Of a stretch of 64,000 bases of DNA, positions 36,611 through 50,754 are shown in pieces; position 1 is the stretch's first letter, and each line of letters opens with the position of its first letter. The stretch is from Octopus sinensis (lineage: Eukaryota), in contig NC_043000.1 in assembly GCF_006345805.1 (NCBI RefSeq), positions 36,518,001 through 36,582,000 on the forward strand. Direction: 5' to 3'. The position numbers and the translations under genes are program-made. A model generated the notes under the pieces. The model had not been told where the DNA came from, did not search any database, and saw nothing but the letters and a program-made list of their open reading frames with translations.

Positions 36611-38349
36611 AAAGAAAACCCATCTTGGTTGTAATAACGCAGTCATCGTGTTTCTCCTTTTCTCATCAACCCTATGAGCATTATGAGTAGAAAGAGCGAG
36701 TTTAGCCGGCGAGTTGACAGAACTGGTAAGACGCTGTTCAAGTGCCTGTGATATCGACGTTATCTTTCATCCTTTCCGAGTTGATAAAATAAGCACCGGA
36801 TAAAAATTGGGGGTAGATGTAATCGACGTAGCCCTTCCCTAAAATTGATGGCCTTGTGCCAAAACTTGAAACCATTATTATAAAAATAGCGATTGGGAGA
36901 AATAGAGTATGAGGTGAATTAGTTCAGGAGTTTGACGAAGCGATTAGGAAAGTCATAGCAACTGACGTGCTTAGCGGCCAAAATGGTCTTTGACTATTTC
37001 TTGAACGTGAAACGTGAAGCCTGCATTGATAGTGCGAAGGATTGTGTGCTTGAATGGAAAACAACAAAAGCTGTTAGACCGAATAAGTGGTGGACCCGTA
37101 GTTTGGCAACAGATCAAGCAATTCGGTGTTCGTCGGCGGTTCGGGTCGGACGCATAATATTTCGTTACAAGCAGATGTAAGCGGTTTTGAAGTTGTTTTG
37201 CACGACTGTTCGGGGTGGAGATGTGTTGGGGGTGATAGTGCTCTTTAGTGCCTACATCAGTGGTCTATCGTGCGGCTTACTAAGGGAGGTGAGGCAGCTG
37301 CAAGAGGTTAATAACCGCACCTGAAATATGAGATGTTGTGATCGGTTACACGAGAAACAAATAGTTTGGTTAGAATAACATGAAAAAAATATGAAAATTA
37401 AACGGAGCTTTTTGATGCATCATGAAAAAAAAAGAAGACAAAATGTCATTGAAGTAATAATTTTTAGATGGAAAAAATCAATAGAAAGAACGTTTAAACT
37501 TTTAGAAACGAAATTATTTCCAATCTCCGTCATAAAACATTTTTCTCAGGACATTTTCCAGCCTACGATTCGTAGGAACGATAGCCTCGATTGAATTGCA
37601 TCTTTACATCGTATTAGCGTCTTTAAAGTAGAAGAGTATCTGGCAGTCATTTTGCAAAGATTTTCTTCACGTGACCTGACACATAGGGTGAGATCTAATC
37701 ATATAACGACTAACAAGGAATCAACTTTCAAACTGAAAACTGCTCAGACGTCAGTTACTGTGGAGATGTGAATGGTTACGAAACGCATAATTGTACCAAT
37801 AAAGTCCTTGAAATAATCCTATAAATACACAACGTTCCTCTACCGATACAAACAGAATAGATCCTTTTCTGTTGTATTTTTACTCTAAGTGGCATTCCGT
37901 CAGTTACGACGACGAGGGTACCGGATGATCCGATCAACAAAATAGCCTGCTCGTGAAATTAATGTGCAAGTGGCTGAGCACTCCACAGACACAGGTACCC
38001 TTAGCGTAGTTCTCGGGTAAATTCAACGTGACACGGAATGTATCAAGGTTGAACCTTTGTATTACAGGTAAAACTTATTTTTGCCAGCAGAGTGAAGAGC
38101 AGAATGTACCACCGGGAGCCAAGCTCACGACCTAACGATCGTGGGCCAATTACCATTACCATTAAGCCACGCGCCCTTTTTTAACTTTTCGTATTCAAGT
38201 ACAAATTATCTTTAGTTTACCTGTTCCAGTCACTGGGTTGCAGCTATGTTGGGACACTGCCACCTTGGAGGGGTTAGATAAAGATATCGAACCCCGTACT
38301 TATTTGTTCAAATCTGATATTCTATCGGTAAATTTTTAAGGACGAACTA

Positions 38350-39595
38350 TTAGGTCATACCATAATTTCTGTCCAAATTCTGAATAAAGAAAACAAGTAA
38401 TCAAATGATATATTTAATTGACATTTAATCCTCAATGTACTTTGTCTGATTATCTATGACTTCCTTCCATCTATTTGCAAGCTTTTTAATCCCATCAGTG
38501 TAAAACTCTTTTGGTTTCAAAGTGAAGACCTCTGAAATGTCAGTTTCGACCTCTTCCTGCTTGCGAAAGTTATGTCCCCCAAACAAATGGTAGTCTGAAG
38601 GAGCAAGGTCGGTAGAATAAGGTAGATGAGGAATGTTTTACCAACCAAGCTCTTCGATCTTCTGTAACGTAATCTTTGCAGTGTGGGGTCACGCATTGTC
38701 CTGATGAAACATCACTCCTTTTCGATTCACTAAAGCGGGTCTTTTTTACTTCAAAGCTTGGTTCAAACGCTCCAATTGCTGACAGTAGACTTGAGTATTG
38801 ATTGTTGCATTAGGTGATAACAGTTCAAAGTGAATTACTCCTTTACAATCCCACCAGAGAGAGGGGAACATTTTCCTCATGAAGTTCCCTTCTCGGTTGT
38901 GGTTGAGCTTTTTCCCCTTTTACCAAGCCACTGTTTACGACGTTTAACATTTCGAGAGAAGATCTATTTTTCCTCACCAGTCACAAGTCTATCCAAAAAG
39001 GGTGAAATGAGTTCACGAGAATGGAGATGTCAACTCGGGATTTGTTGTTGCTTTCGGAGAATTCATGAGGCACCCATTTTCCAAGTTTAGGAACCTTTCC
39101 AAGTTGTTGAAGATGACGATGAACAGTTGTATGGTTTGAACTAAGCTTTATTGCCAATTCTTCAGCTGATAATGCAGGGTTTTCTTCAAGTAATGTCTCA
39201 AGGAGCTTATCATCAAACTCAACTGGACGTCCTGTTCGATCTTCATCTTCAAAGCTGAAATCTCCACTTCTGAATTTTGCAAACCATCTTTTGCAAGTTC
39301 TTTCATTCAAGCATTCATTCCCATAAACTGAGTGTATGTTTCGAGTCGCTTCGGCTGCAGAGTTTCTTTTTTTGTATTCATAAAGCATTATGTGCCTCAA
39401 ATGCTATTTGGATACTTCCATGTTAGAAAGGGTTTTAATCAAAGAAATTTTAATTCTATTATTCTGTAAAATAATATTTAATTAGTTTAAATGTACACAA
39501 ATGCATAAAAATAATTTAAAATTCCATTAGACATTGTAAAATACTATTAGATTTCATTCAGTTTTAAATCGGACAGAACTTATGGGATGACCTGA
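38350..39595 (-). mobile_element. Full-length mariner (D,D34D) transposon, transposase pseudogene ~38425-39421
   Basis: 25-bp TIRs with 3 mismatches and TA on both sides. Motifs WFAKFRSGDFS, GKWVPHE, HQDNA and YSTDLAPSDYHLF, with in-frame stops. Confidence 0.95.
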
Positions 39596-42150
39596 TACTT
39601 GCATTTTAATAGTAGTTGGACTAACACACATACCAGGCACACACTCACACAGCGCAAAATAAAGTAATGTGGACATGTATCGTTTGGTTCGATTGTATGA
39701 TTCTCCTCCCCCTATGAGTAAAGTGACCACGAGTGATTGTGGCAAATATGATGTCTAATGTTTGTGAAGACAGTGAAGGTCTTAATTGTGAGTTTTTGAT
39801 GATTAGAGAATGTGTGGGACGAAAGGTGTCTTTGTGTTTGCGAAACAAGAAAAGGTCGCCATGACTCTTAAGAATGTTGACGGGATTTCTATTGAGTTGA
39901 GCGGAGCTTGTGTTTATAATGCATGAGGATAACAATCGGCCTATTGATATAGAAGAATAATATTAATTATAGTGATGACGATGATGATAATGCTACAGAA
40001 AAGATGAGGAGTGAACAGTCGTATTATTTACATAAGATTATATATTGCTAGGAGTGACAGCAAAACAGATGATTGTTAAGAACATCAGTTGATTTCCTTC
40101 ATATTTCACTTTGGCCCCTGCCAACCCTACGCTCAATATTTTCAATATTACATCAATAAAAAGGTTTGAAACATTGGCAAAAACAAATATTACACTTCAT
40201 ACGGTTTCATACAGGTTAACATTCGTCCTCGGCAGGAGACCTTAGCTTAGTGGGATATCCTAACCGAAAAGAAGCGTATCTGAACCGAAAGGAAAGAGTA
40301 AAATTCCGCTTCGCTGCCTCAATATTATCTTCAGAGATGAAAATGCTGAAGAGTGTGAAAATAGTGTAACAAATAAGAATGGCAATCATCCACTTCGTTT
40401 GTGGATTTCTGGAGGAATTGCTGGTGCCACTGAGGGTTTTCATGATCTCGAACACTAGCGGAAGGTTAGGAGGAAATTCTCCTCAGACTGATGATCAACC
40501 TCAAATGGTTGCAATAGAATAAATTTCGCTAATGTAACCAAGATCTTAAGAGACGGTAGTGTTCGGTAGGGTGGCAAATGGTGTATGTTACCCAACGACC
40601 GGATGATGGTGGTAAACCGGGTGATTCGATGATATTTTCCCAACCTAGAATAGAAACGCTCCTTTCTTCGAAGGTTTTCCCTAGAGTTTTCATCTGCTAA
40701 ATCTAACTCGGAAGGCTTTGGTCCCCTTCAATTCAATGATGGAAAATAGTTTCTTCAGATGACGTTGAGTGGTATCGGACCGAGAATCACGCAGTTAGAA
40801 AGCGAATTACTTTCTCACACAACAATGCTGGCACTTGTTGACGATATGGTAAGTCATGTTCTTATATTTGAAGTGTTAGCTAAAGCACAGAACAAAAGCG
40901 GCGGGGGGGATGTCAATAAAAAGGGAACAAAGCAAGATAATTTATTATTTAAGAAGGAGACATTCCACAAAAGAATCCATATCCTCTTGACAGTTTACCC
41001 AAAATTGAAATCCTTATCATGTATATTCAAACAGGTTTTATTTGATGAAGAAAATCAATAAACCATCTTTTATAAATGCCTGATTTACAAAGTCACATTT
41101 TAGAAATGACAACCTCTTTAGAGATTTCAACATGATGCTTCGTTGATCCAATAAACATTTCCACATGAAAATGCATCTCAAGATCTCTCTTAAATAAAGA
41201 CAACAAAAATGTTTTAACATCTTGTTGAAATCACAGATTTAATTCAAAAGGCCAGATCAAGAAACGTGATGCATATATGTATATATTCACAAGAAAAGGC
41301 ATAAATCATTGGCTTTACAAATCTAATTATTTGTGCATCGTAGACTTACAACTGTTTCTCATATGCTCCATAGATCCGATGTTACTTCTGTATATTCAGA
41401 TTCCACGCATCTACTGCGCGGGCTTTGAAGGCGATTGTATTTGTTAACATCGTTGAATCTTCTCAATCGCTCAGGTTGCCGATTCACTAAAAGCAACTTT
41501 GAACGCACCTGAAAATAATATCAGAAACAGATGTAAGGCTACGATGCACAAATAAAGTTCATTATTGATTCCATTTCTTATGTTACTCTGTGAAAAATAC
41601 CATAATAATTGAGAATGCAAGCATGGTTTTACGAAGCCGCTTGGTGATGGACTTCAACTTCGGATCTTGCCTCAGGACAACTTGCTGTCGTATTATGTTA
41701 GTCTGGTGAATTTGTTTTAGCAGAGAGTTTGAGAAGTGTTTTCCCCTAGTTGATAATTCCTTACCCCCCCCCCCCACACACACACATAACACAACGCAAA
41801 TAAATTACGAGGGAATAAGAAACTTTGTCTTTAATTTCATTGGCTTACAACTGTTTCTGCTATAAGATGATATGTACTCAGAGTATGATTCTGAAGCATA
41901 AGTACCATATTTCAACGTGTATCAGGAACCCTCGTGCATAAGGAACGCCCAAATTCTGAAGGCTTAAAATTTGGAAAAAAAAGGTTTTCTATGGGATTAT
42001 AATACTATCCATATTTTTTAACTTAATTATGGCGTAAAAAGGGTTCCTTATACACGTTAAAATACGGTATATTGTATTCTAACACCAGGTTATTAGTATT
42101 ACTATGCCTGAGCCGAATAATAATAATAATAAATCTCTGAACGAGGTATA

Positions 42151-42520
42151 GACAGTAACTGCACGACAATGTGAAGTATATTTGCCATCTCAATATGGAT
42201 AACCACTAAGGGTGGATGTTACTGTAGCTTGTAGCCTCAGGAGAACACGAGACGAAAAGTCACTGGAAAAAGGATATAAATATTTGCATTGGGACCCTTC
42301 CATCGAAAGCCGGTGATTGTCGTGCGTTGATGACGGGTTAATACCCAGAAACTGCAGTCCGTGCGTGTCACTTAGGTTGACGAAGGAAGGATGACCTCCC
42401 TTTGCAGATACCGATAGGGCACAAAGTGTGTCAATAGCCAGCTGGAGAGGATGTTCTCCTGGAGCTACAAGCTACAGTAACATCCACCCTTAGTAGTTAG
42501 CCATATTGAGATGGCAAATA
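42151..42520. mobile_element. Short element with 69-bp inverted ends and an internal hammerhead motif (Penelope-derived or MITE-like)
   Basis: 42179-42247 is the near-perfect reverse complement of 42452-42520; hammerhead-like core at 42321-42365. Confidence 0.75.
42321..42365 (+). ncRNA. Minimal type I hammerhead motif with palindromic helix III and GUC cleavage triplet (degenerate)
   Basis: CGUGCG-UUGAUGA-C-GGGU-uaau-ACCC-A-GAAAC-UGCA-GUC-CGUGCG. ACUGCAGU is palindromic; helix I has 4 Watson-Crick and 2 G-U pairs; C3 is U. Confidence 0.55.
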
Positions 42521-42702
42521 ATAATAATATTTTCTATTATAGGCACAAGGTCTGAAATTCTTGGGGGAGGGGGACTAACCAATTAGATCGACCCCAGTGC
42601 TCAACTGGTACTTATTTCATCGACCCCGGAAGGATAAAAAGGTAAAGTCGACTCAGAACGTAATGACGGACGATAAATAATAATAATAATAATAATAATA
42701 AT

Positions 42703-44782
42703 GATGACCGTGTTACCAGACTTCGGTCGAAAAGTTTGCTGCTGGAACTCCCCCAAAACGAACTACCAGGTAGCCAGAATCAGGGTAACCCTTACCACCG
42801 TAGAGCAGTAGTGACACCATCATATACACCTCTTAAAGCAAAACGCATAAAATGGACTAGAGAGGATTACAGAGATGTGTTGAAAGCTTTCTACACAGCC
42901 CAACTAAACCCAACCAATAACCTCATTGTAGAAACATACACATCATGGGCAACGAAGTACGCAGATATATAGATGCAGATAAATTAAGTAATGTAGGTAG
43001 AGACATCACTAAGAATAAAAGGTTAACTGACGCTGAAATTAACCAAATTAGGACACACATATTTCATGCTAGGCCAAATGAAAACAGCAGCAATGCAGAT
43101 GAAATAGGTAACAGATGCACAGAACTCAACAGTTTACGAGCACTACACCCCAACGAGGAAGCTGAAGAAAGAATAGCAAAGAACAAATATGCGGAAAAAG
43201 AGGAGAAAGTAGACCTACCTCAAGAACACCAGAATAGATATGACACAGAATAATAAAGAGAAGATCACAGTAGCAAAAAAAGATATTATGAGAGAACTCA
43301 GCAAAACAGAATTTACTGATATGATCAATAGAGAACCGCTACCAAAGCTCTCAAACAGCACCAAAAAATAACATAATCATGGTATATAATATTGGTCTTA
43401 GACAGATCTTAAGTAATAAGGCAAATGACCTAACAACCTTAAAGAACCTCATCTATTCCACTGCTGAAGTTGTAACTGCCCAACTAGGCGTCGTGACAAC
43501 GATACGGAAAAGAACCAACCATGTCAATAGGTCTGCTAATTGGAATGTAGTAATACAAAAAGACAGAGAATTTTTGCGGGTGGATGTATCAGTTCTCGAT
43601 GAACTTGCAACAGGAGTAAATGTTAAGACGAAACAAGTTAGAAAAATCAATCAAAAATATAAATCAAAAATTTTATAAACCTCCCGGCAACCAAGAAATT
43701 AGTGAAATGACGAATACAACTGAAAGACCAGCGGCTCAGAAGGTATGACAAATAATCAAATTTTATCGACAAAAAAACGTATTCAAGACAGATGGAAAAA
43801 GCAACAAAAAAGAATATAATGCTGAAGCTCACTGGGTAGAATGTGAGAAAGTGAGACTGCATGAAGTCAAAGAGCGGAAACGGGAGGCAAGAGGGGTAGA
43901 AGAGCTAAGGTGTCTCCTTATAAAGTCTCATAAATGAAGAATCCCAGGACTGGACCGGATCCTTAACTGCTGGATGAATTGTTTGACAGAATTACACAAG
44001 AATTTTGCTGCATCCGTAACTGATGACGTAACTCCAGAACTCAGCAAATATCAGCCTGGCTGACCGAAGGTACAACATGCCTGCTACCAAAAACTGAAGA
44101 CACGAAAAATCGAAAGAACTACTGACCAATAACATGTCTCAACACCACCCACAAGATCCTCACATCGAAACTAACTAAAAAAATATACACTTCCTATGAA
44201 CGGAATTCTATCCTTCCACAAACACAAAACGATTTTAAAATGAATTCTTATGGATGCAAAGATCAATTACTCATAGATAAAATGATTGCAGAGAATTGGC
44301 GGAGCAACAAGAAGCTGAGTATGGCATGGTTAGACTACAGGTAAGTGTTTCATAGTGTCCCACATAATCGACTAGTCAAGGCCCTAGAGATGAATAAGAT
44401 CTCTCCTGTCGCCTCCAAATTCTTACAAGATAGCATAGCCAATTGGCATACATGTCTGCTTCTAAACCATAGTAATGGCATGAGCCAATCTGACAACATC
44501 GATATCAAACGAGGCATCTTTCAAAGTGACACCCTCCCCTCTTTACTCTTTTGCATTGTACTGATCCCACTCTCAAACGAACTGAGTAACACCAGGTATG
44601 AGTTCAAGAAATATAATATTATAGTATATCCCCTGTTTTATATGGATGATTTGAATTTATTTGCTAGAAATTACGAAGAGTGAGTTGGGCTGTTAACGAT
44701 TGTGAAAGAGTTCAACAACGGCATCGGGATGGATTTTAGCCTTGATAAGTGTGCTCAAGCAACGTTTGTAAGTGGCAAGCTC
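42703..44782 (+). mobile_element. Dong/R4-like non-LTR retrotransposon, N-terminal and RT part, decayed and 3'-truncated
   Basis: Begins after (TAA)n. Myb-like RIKWTREDYRDVLKAFY; RT motifs WLTEGTTCLLPK, GCKDQLLIDK, AWLDY, RGIFQSDTL, YMDDLNLFA. Confidence 0.88.
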
Positions 44783-45686
44783 AGGCTGCCTGCCCAATTA
44801 ACAGGATAGATAAATAATGTTTTCGGTGGTGTACAGAATAGTATATTGATACGATTGGTCAGAAGAAACGAAGCAATTGTCCTTTAATTATATAGGCGTA
44901 TAGTAGTAATGTCTTCAAAGTTTTCCCAGAAAATGAAATGAAATAGAATGAAGTTAAATGAAATATTTCATGTAATTACATTTAAGCATTTCTCTAGCGC
45001 CAGAGAATGCTTGCACTTTTTATTTTATCTCCTTTCCTTTTCTTGGAAAAATTTGAAGACTTATTAGTCGTTATAAGGTTGTATTTCAAATTATATGCCA
45101 GGTCACGCGATCAAAATTGTTTTGGTTTAAAGACGCTAATACGAAGTGAGGAAGTAACTCAATCGACACTATCGTTCAAGAGAATTGTCGGCAAAAAATG
45201 TCCTGACAAATAAAGCTATAATACCTGCTCAATAAGGTATAAAACCTCCATTTCTTAAACATTGTTCGTTGAAAGTCTTGACAAAAACCAAGCTGCTTGG
45301 CTAAACTCAATGGTCCGGGCACTTGTAGCTGACAAGACACATGTCAAAACACCGGTGTCTCAGAATCCACTGCTTCAATGAGCCGAGTGTATTGAAAACC
45401 CAATCGTCATAAAAGATTTTTTTCCATTGAGAAAATCTGCGGCGACTAATATATATTGCCTAGACGTTTGAAGAATAAATATGCAAATATACAACCTTAT
45501 TATTACCAATATGTTCTTGTGGGTGTACATGGAATCAAAAAGCAGAAATGTCCACCTGAGTCCTTTGTTGTAGTATAATTGTTTGCAAACATCATTTGCA
45601 TAATTATTATGCATAGTTGATGTGAATGCGATCAAAAATACTGTTACTGTTTTAAAGACGTTTAATATCTGTGTGTGTGTGTGTGT

Positions 45687-46214
45687 TAGCTGGGTCCATT
45701 GTGAAGGTCGCTCCGCCGCCAAAATTTGGTCGGGAAGGCAAGGCAGTATTTATCTGTCTGGCGGAAATGGCGAAAGATGTTGCGTGGTAAACGAAATTGA
45801 AAAGGCTGTAGATATTTGGTTTCCTCTTTGGAAAGTTCTGCTTACCAAGAGTGGCCTACTTGGCACCGTGCATTCAACAATTTCAGGCTTTGCTCGTAGA
45901 GAGTAGAGAGGGAAGTGTTGCCGCCCATCAAATTCGTTGAATGGTGCATGAGAATAACGAGCACGGTCTTAGTAAACGGGCGTATTCTAAGCATGTGATT
46001 TTAGATTGTAGGGGAATTAATGAGTGATTGACTAAGTGGGCAGAATGGAATTTCCAGGTGCAGCCCTTGGAGGTTATCATTCCCACATATGCTCATAATC
46101 TAAATTTTTGTTATTACTTTATTTAGTTTGTGTATGCGTCTGTGTATTCGTCCTAACACCTCTATGTTTAACTGCTTCGTACCTTTTATGTCGGCCCCAT
46201 GATTAATAAAGAAT
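45687..46214 (+). mobile_element. 3' end of an L1/Tx1-like LINE (ORF2 C-terminus + 3' UTR)
   Basis: Decayed frame GSIVKVAPPPKFGREGKAVFICL...RVEREVLPPIKFVEW...VNGRILSM* (stop ~45996-45998), followed by a T-rich UTR ending AATAAAGAAT. Confidence 0.65.
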
Positions 46215-46236
46215 TTATCATTATTATTATTATTAT

Positions 46237-47634
46237 TCAGTAGTCTTATTTTTATCTCATACTTTCTCTGCACTACCGAGCGCAGCTCTGTGTGCCTTGG
46301 GTATGTGGTGCTGTGTTTTGTTGTGATGTTCTTATTTTTACTGTATTGAAAGTCTTTTACGTAGGATGTGTGCAATACCTAGTAGTGTTATTTTCTGTAT
46401 GTTATGTATTCGTATGTCCTGCTGTTTTGGTTATGTATTTGAATGTTTTTTTAATCATATTCAATGCACCTAATATTATTATGGGGATTTGTTACTGTTT
46501 TTAGGCCCTAAATTTCGGTTATCTCTATTTCCAGATCTTTGTACTTTGAGAGTTTCTCTGTTTCTTTTAGAGATACATTGTCACCTGTTGGTATTAATAC
46601 ACCGATTAGAAGGTATTTTTTCTTGGTGATCTCTGACAACTATATGCGTCCTATTGACTTAATTTCTCTCTCTCTCTGTGTTGGCATATCCCTGAGTATG
46701 GATGCTTTGCCATTTTCTGACGCCTTTTCTGCATATGCCTATAATTTGTTTTTCCTGTTGTCATTCCATGATGTTGGAATAGCTTCCCAACTCTGTTATG
46801 TCTGTGGATATATTCCTTCTTAGCCAGGATTGGGCAGCCAGTGATTTATTGTTTCTTCCCCGTCACCCTATATTCCGCGGATGCTTATTGTATTTTTCTT
46901 CATTATATGTTTCTGATGGTTTCTGGTGGGGAGGCTTTGATCTGCTGCTGCAATTAAAATTATCTCAGTCTCTGTTTTGAGTCTTGAGCTTCTCAACCAT
47001 TCTTGGCATTTTATTTGCTTATTTCTTTTCGCTTTATTTTATCCGAGTATTTCCCATGTAAGGGCTTTTCTTGCCATCGTTTTATCATATTTTATTCCAG
47101 TTTTAGTTTAAAGTTCACTTACTTTACAGCTGTTGTTTTTTTCTTTTTTTACTTCATATTTATCAGGTACTATAACTTTTTTTTTCGCATTTTTCGGCTT
47201 CCTTTAAGACAGAAAACAGTTTTTGTTTTGTTCATGTTTTGTGGCTGTTTGTATCAGTTTCCTTGCTTCTGAGTTAGATATTTTTGTACTCTTATTTTAT
47301 AGTAGTTTTCCATATCATATTTGTTATTATTGTTTTACTTCTCAGAACGTTCGGTCTTGTTTGCTCTAGAAGATTCTGTGAGAGCGGACAGCAGCCTGCT
47401 GTCGGAGGCCTCACAGTCTTTTTCCGCGTGTTATGAACTTTGATACTTGGTGGTCAATTATCGTGGGAGACATTCCACATCCAAGTGCTAATCTCAAAAT
47501 CCTACCTGTCCCCAATAGAGCAGTTTTTTTGGGGGGGCTTGCTCTGCTCTCATGTCAATTCCGATTTCTTTGAAATTGACATGACACCATCGAGAAATAT
47601 GTGAAGGAAATTTGAACTGATATGAGAGCAGAGC
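46237..47634 (-). mobile_element. Internally deleted Dong/R4-like element (5' end + C-terminal zinc/REL region, RT missing)
   Basis: Minus strand gives WLRSSRLKTETE, GCPILAKKEYIHRHNRVG, KETEKLSKYKDLEIEI and IQKITLLGIAHILRK across frameshifts. TAA tracts lie at both ends. Confidence 0.8.
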
Positions 47635-48432
47635 TATTATTATTACTATTATTATAAGGCGGTGAGCTGGCAGAAACGTTAGCATGCCGGGCGAAATACC
47701 TAGCAGTAATTCGTTTGTCTTTACGTTCTGAGTTCAAATTCCGCCGAGGTCGACTTTGCCTTTCATCATTTCGGGTTCGATAAATTAAGTGCCAGTTGTA
47801 TACAGGGGTCGACCTAATCGACTGGCCCCTCTCCCCCAAAATTTCGGGCCTTGTGCCTAGAGTAGAAAAGATTATGATTATTGTTGTTTTTAAAGCACCA
47901 AGCTAGCAGTAGTACGCTGGGTGAAATTCGTAGTCGTATTTCGCCTGCCGTTACGTTCTGAGTTCAACTTTGCCTTTCATCCTTTCGGGGTCGATTAAAT
48001 AAGTAACAGTTACGCATTGGGGTCGTTATAATCGACTTAATCCGTGTGTCTGTCCTTGTTTGTCCTGTCTGTGTTTAGCCCGTTATGGGTAGTAAAGAAA
48101 TATGTATTTCGTCCATTTCTAAACGGGGTTCAAATTACGCCGAGATAAACCTTACCTTTCATCCTGTCGAGGTTGACGAACTTAAATAGTAATTTATCAC
48201 TGGGTTCGAAGTAATCATCTAACAACCCATCCAAAAAATATCAGACCTTGTGCCTATCGTTGAAAGGATTGTCCTTTTTACGTTCTGAGTTCAAATTCCA
48301 CTGTGGTTGACTTTGCCTTTCATCACTTCGGAGTTGATGAAATAAAACCAGTTGAACATTGTGACCCCTACAATCGGCTCACAGCCTCTCTCTCCACAAA
48401 AATATTCCGGCCTTTTGCCTATAGTAGAATGC

Positions 48433-50754
48433 ATTATTATTATTATTATTATAGTTGTTGTTTGTGTAGTTGTTCTTATTTGAAAGAAAATTGAAAAGAA
48501 GTGATATGAGAAAAGTATTCTAACGAATGTCATGAAGGGTGGAACAATAATAAAAAATTATACCGTTAACAACAACAGCAACAATAAAGAATATGAAATG
48601 TAGGAATACAAAGGAAAGAGAGACAATAGCTGCAAGTACAACGGGAAAAATCTTGCAGAAGTCACTGAAATAAGAACTTTATTAACAACAACGGCAATAA
48701 CACTCAAATTTAAAAAGAAGCACTCAACAACAACAACAACAACAGCAGCAGCAGTGATAATAATAATAATAATAAGAAGAAAACGAAGTACAAGAAAAAC
48801 AACAATAACTGCAAGTAGTCAGAGTGACAATAGCAACGATATCAACATCAAAAGAGCGAATATAATTAGAATATTAAAGCGCAAGTTGGGCGGAAGTGAT
48901 CGTCATCTGTCAAAAGATAAGGTCAATAGTCGGTTTTTTTCTTTATTTCAGAATATCTTAGAAATATGAAAATATTCAATGTTTACAGTATTTCTATAAA
49001 GGAAGGATTGTTTCATCTGTGGTAGTTTTCCCGTGGGCATGGTCGCAACGATTGTCGGTTTCCTTAGAGAAGAGCCCAGTTTTGAAAGAACAATAACCAA
49101 ACAAATTTGTCTAGAACAGTTTCTAAGGAACAGGAATTTTGAATATCTTAAATGTTGTTCGAAGAAACAGTTCACCATTCTTCTTATTCTCCGTTTATTC
49201 CGCGATATACGAAATTCAAACTTCCAGTTTCCTCCATTATTGCAAAGTGGGGAAAACGATACGAGAGTCGTCACTCGCGAGCGAGCATGGCCTTGAGGCT
49301 TTCGCTAACAGTTTTGTGTGCCTGTGCTGAAGTGAGCAGACATAAACAACCTTACTAGTCCTTGCATCAATAAAACATCAAGGATACGACAAATGGAAAG
49401 AGATAATACAGTTCTATATTTAAGAGATGAGGAATTATGTACATTATTTATATTTGACGGATGTTTGTCCTAATCTTGTTTGTTGTTAACACATTTCGGC
49501 TGATATACCGTCCAGCCTTCATCCAGGTGTCTTGGGGAAATTTCGAACCTGGGTTCCCATTCCTTAAGTATTTTTCGATGTTGTTGTTATATTATTATTA
49601 TTATTATATTATTATTATAGTTGTTGTTTGTGTAGTTGTTCTTATTTGAAAGAAAATTGAAAAGAAGTGATATGAGAAAAGTATTCTAACGAATGTCATG
49701 AAGGGTGGAACAATAATAAAAAATTATACCGTTAACAACAACAGCAACAATAAAGAATATGAAATGTAGGAATACAAAGGAAAGAGAGACAATAGCTGCA
49801 AGTACAACGGGAAAAATCTTGCAGAAGTCACTGAAATAAGAACTTTATTAACAACAACGGCAATAACACTCAAATTTAAAAAGAAGCACTCAACAACAAC
49901 AACAACAACAGCAGCAGCAGTGATAATAATAATAATAATAAGAAGAAAACGAAGTACAAGAAAAACAACAATAACTGCAAGTAGTCAGAGTGACAATAGC
50001 AACGATATCAACATCAAAAGAGCGAATATAATTAGAATATTAAAGCGCAAGTTGGGCGGAAGTGATCGTCATCTGTCAAAAGATAAGGTCAATAGTCGGT
50101 TTTTTTCTTTATTTCAGAATATCTTAGAAATATGAAAATATTCAATGTTTACAGTATTTCTATAAAGGAAGGATTGTTTCATCTGTGGTAGTTTTCCCGT
50201 GGGCATGGTCGCAACGATTGTCGGTTTCCTTAGAGAAGAGCCCAGTTTTGAAAGAACAATAACCAAACAAATTTGTCTAGAACAGTTTCTAAGGAACAGG
50301 AATTTTGAATATCTTAAATGTTGTTCGAAGAAACAGTTCACCATTCTTCTTATTCTCCGTTTATTCCGCGATATACGAAATTCAAACTTCCAGTTTCCTC
50401 CATTATTGCAAAGTGGGGAAACGATACGAGAGTCGTCACTCGCGAGCGAGCATGGCCTTGAGGCTTTCGCTAACAGTTTTGTGTGCCTGTGCTGAAGTGA
50501 GCAGACATAAACAACCTTACTAGTCCTTGCATCAATAAAACATCAAGGATACGACAAATGGAAAGAGATAATACAGTTCTATATTTAAGAGATGAGGAAT
50601 TATGTACATTATTTATATTTGACGGATGTTTGTCCTAATCTTGTTTGTTGTTAACACATTTCGGCTGATATACCGTCCAGCCTTCATCCAGGTGTCTTGG
50701 GGAAATTTCGAACCTGGGTTCCCATTCCTTAAGTATTTTTCGATGTTGTTGTTA

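Noticed and set aside
36960-37350. Possible solo LTR (TGTAAC start on the minus strand)
   Set aside because: No matching CA end, TSD or second copy identified.
41350-41508. 159-bp minus-strand segment with good acceptor and GTAAGT donor
   Set aside because: Stops in all three frames; without RNA data it cannot be told from chance.
48948-49358. Overlapping 60-108-aa ORFs inside the tandem duplication
   Set aside because: No recognisable domain or splice structure; the frame changes between copies with a homopolymer indel.
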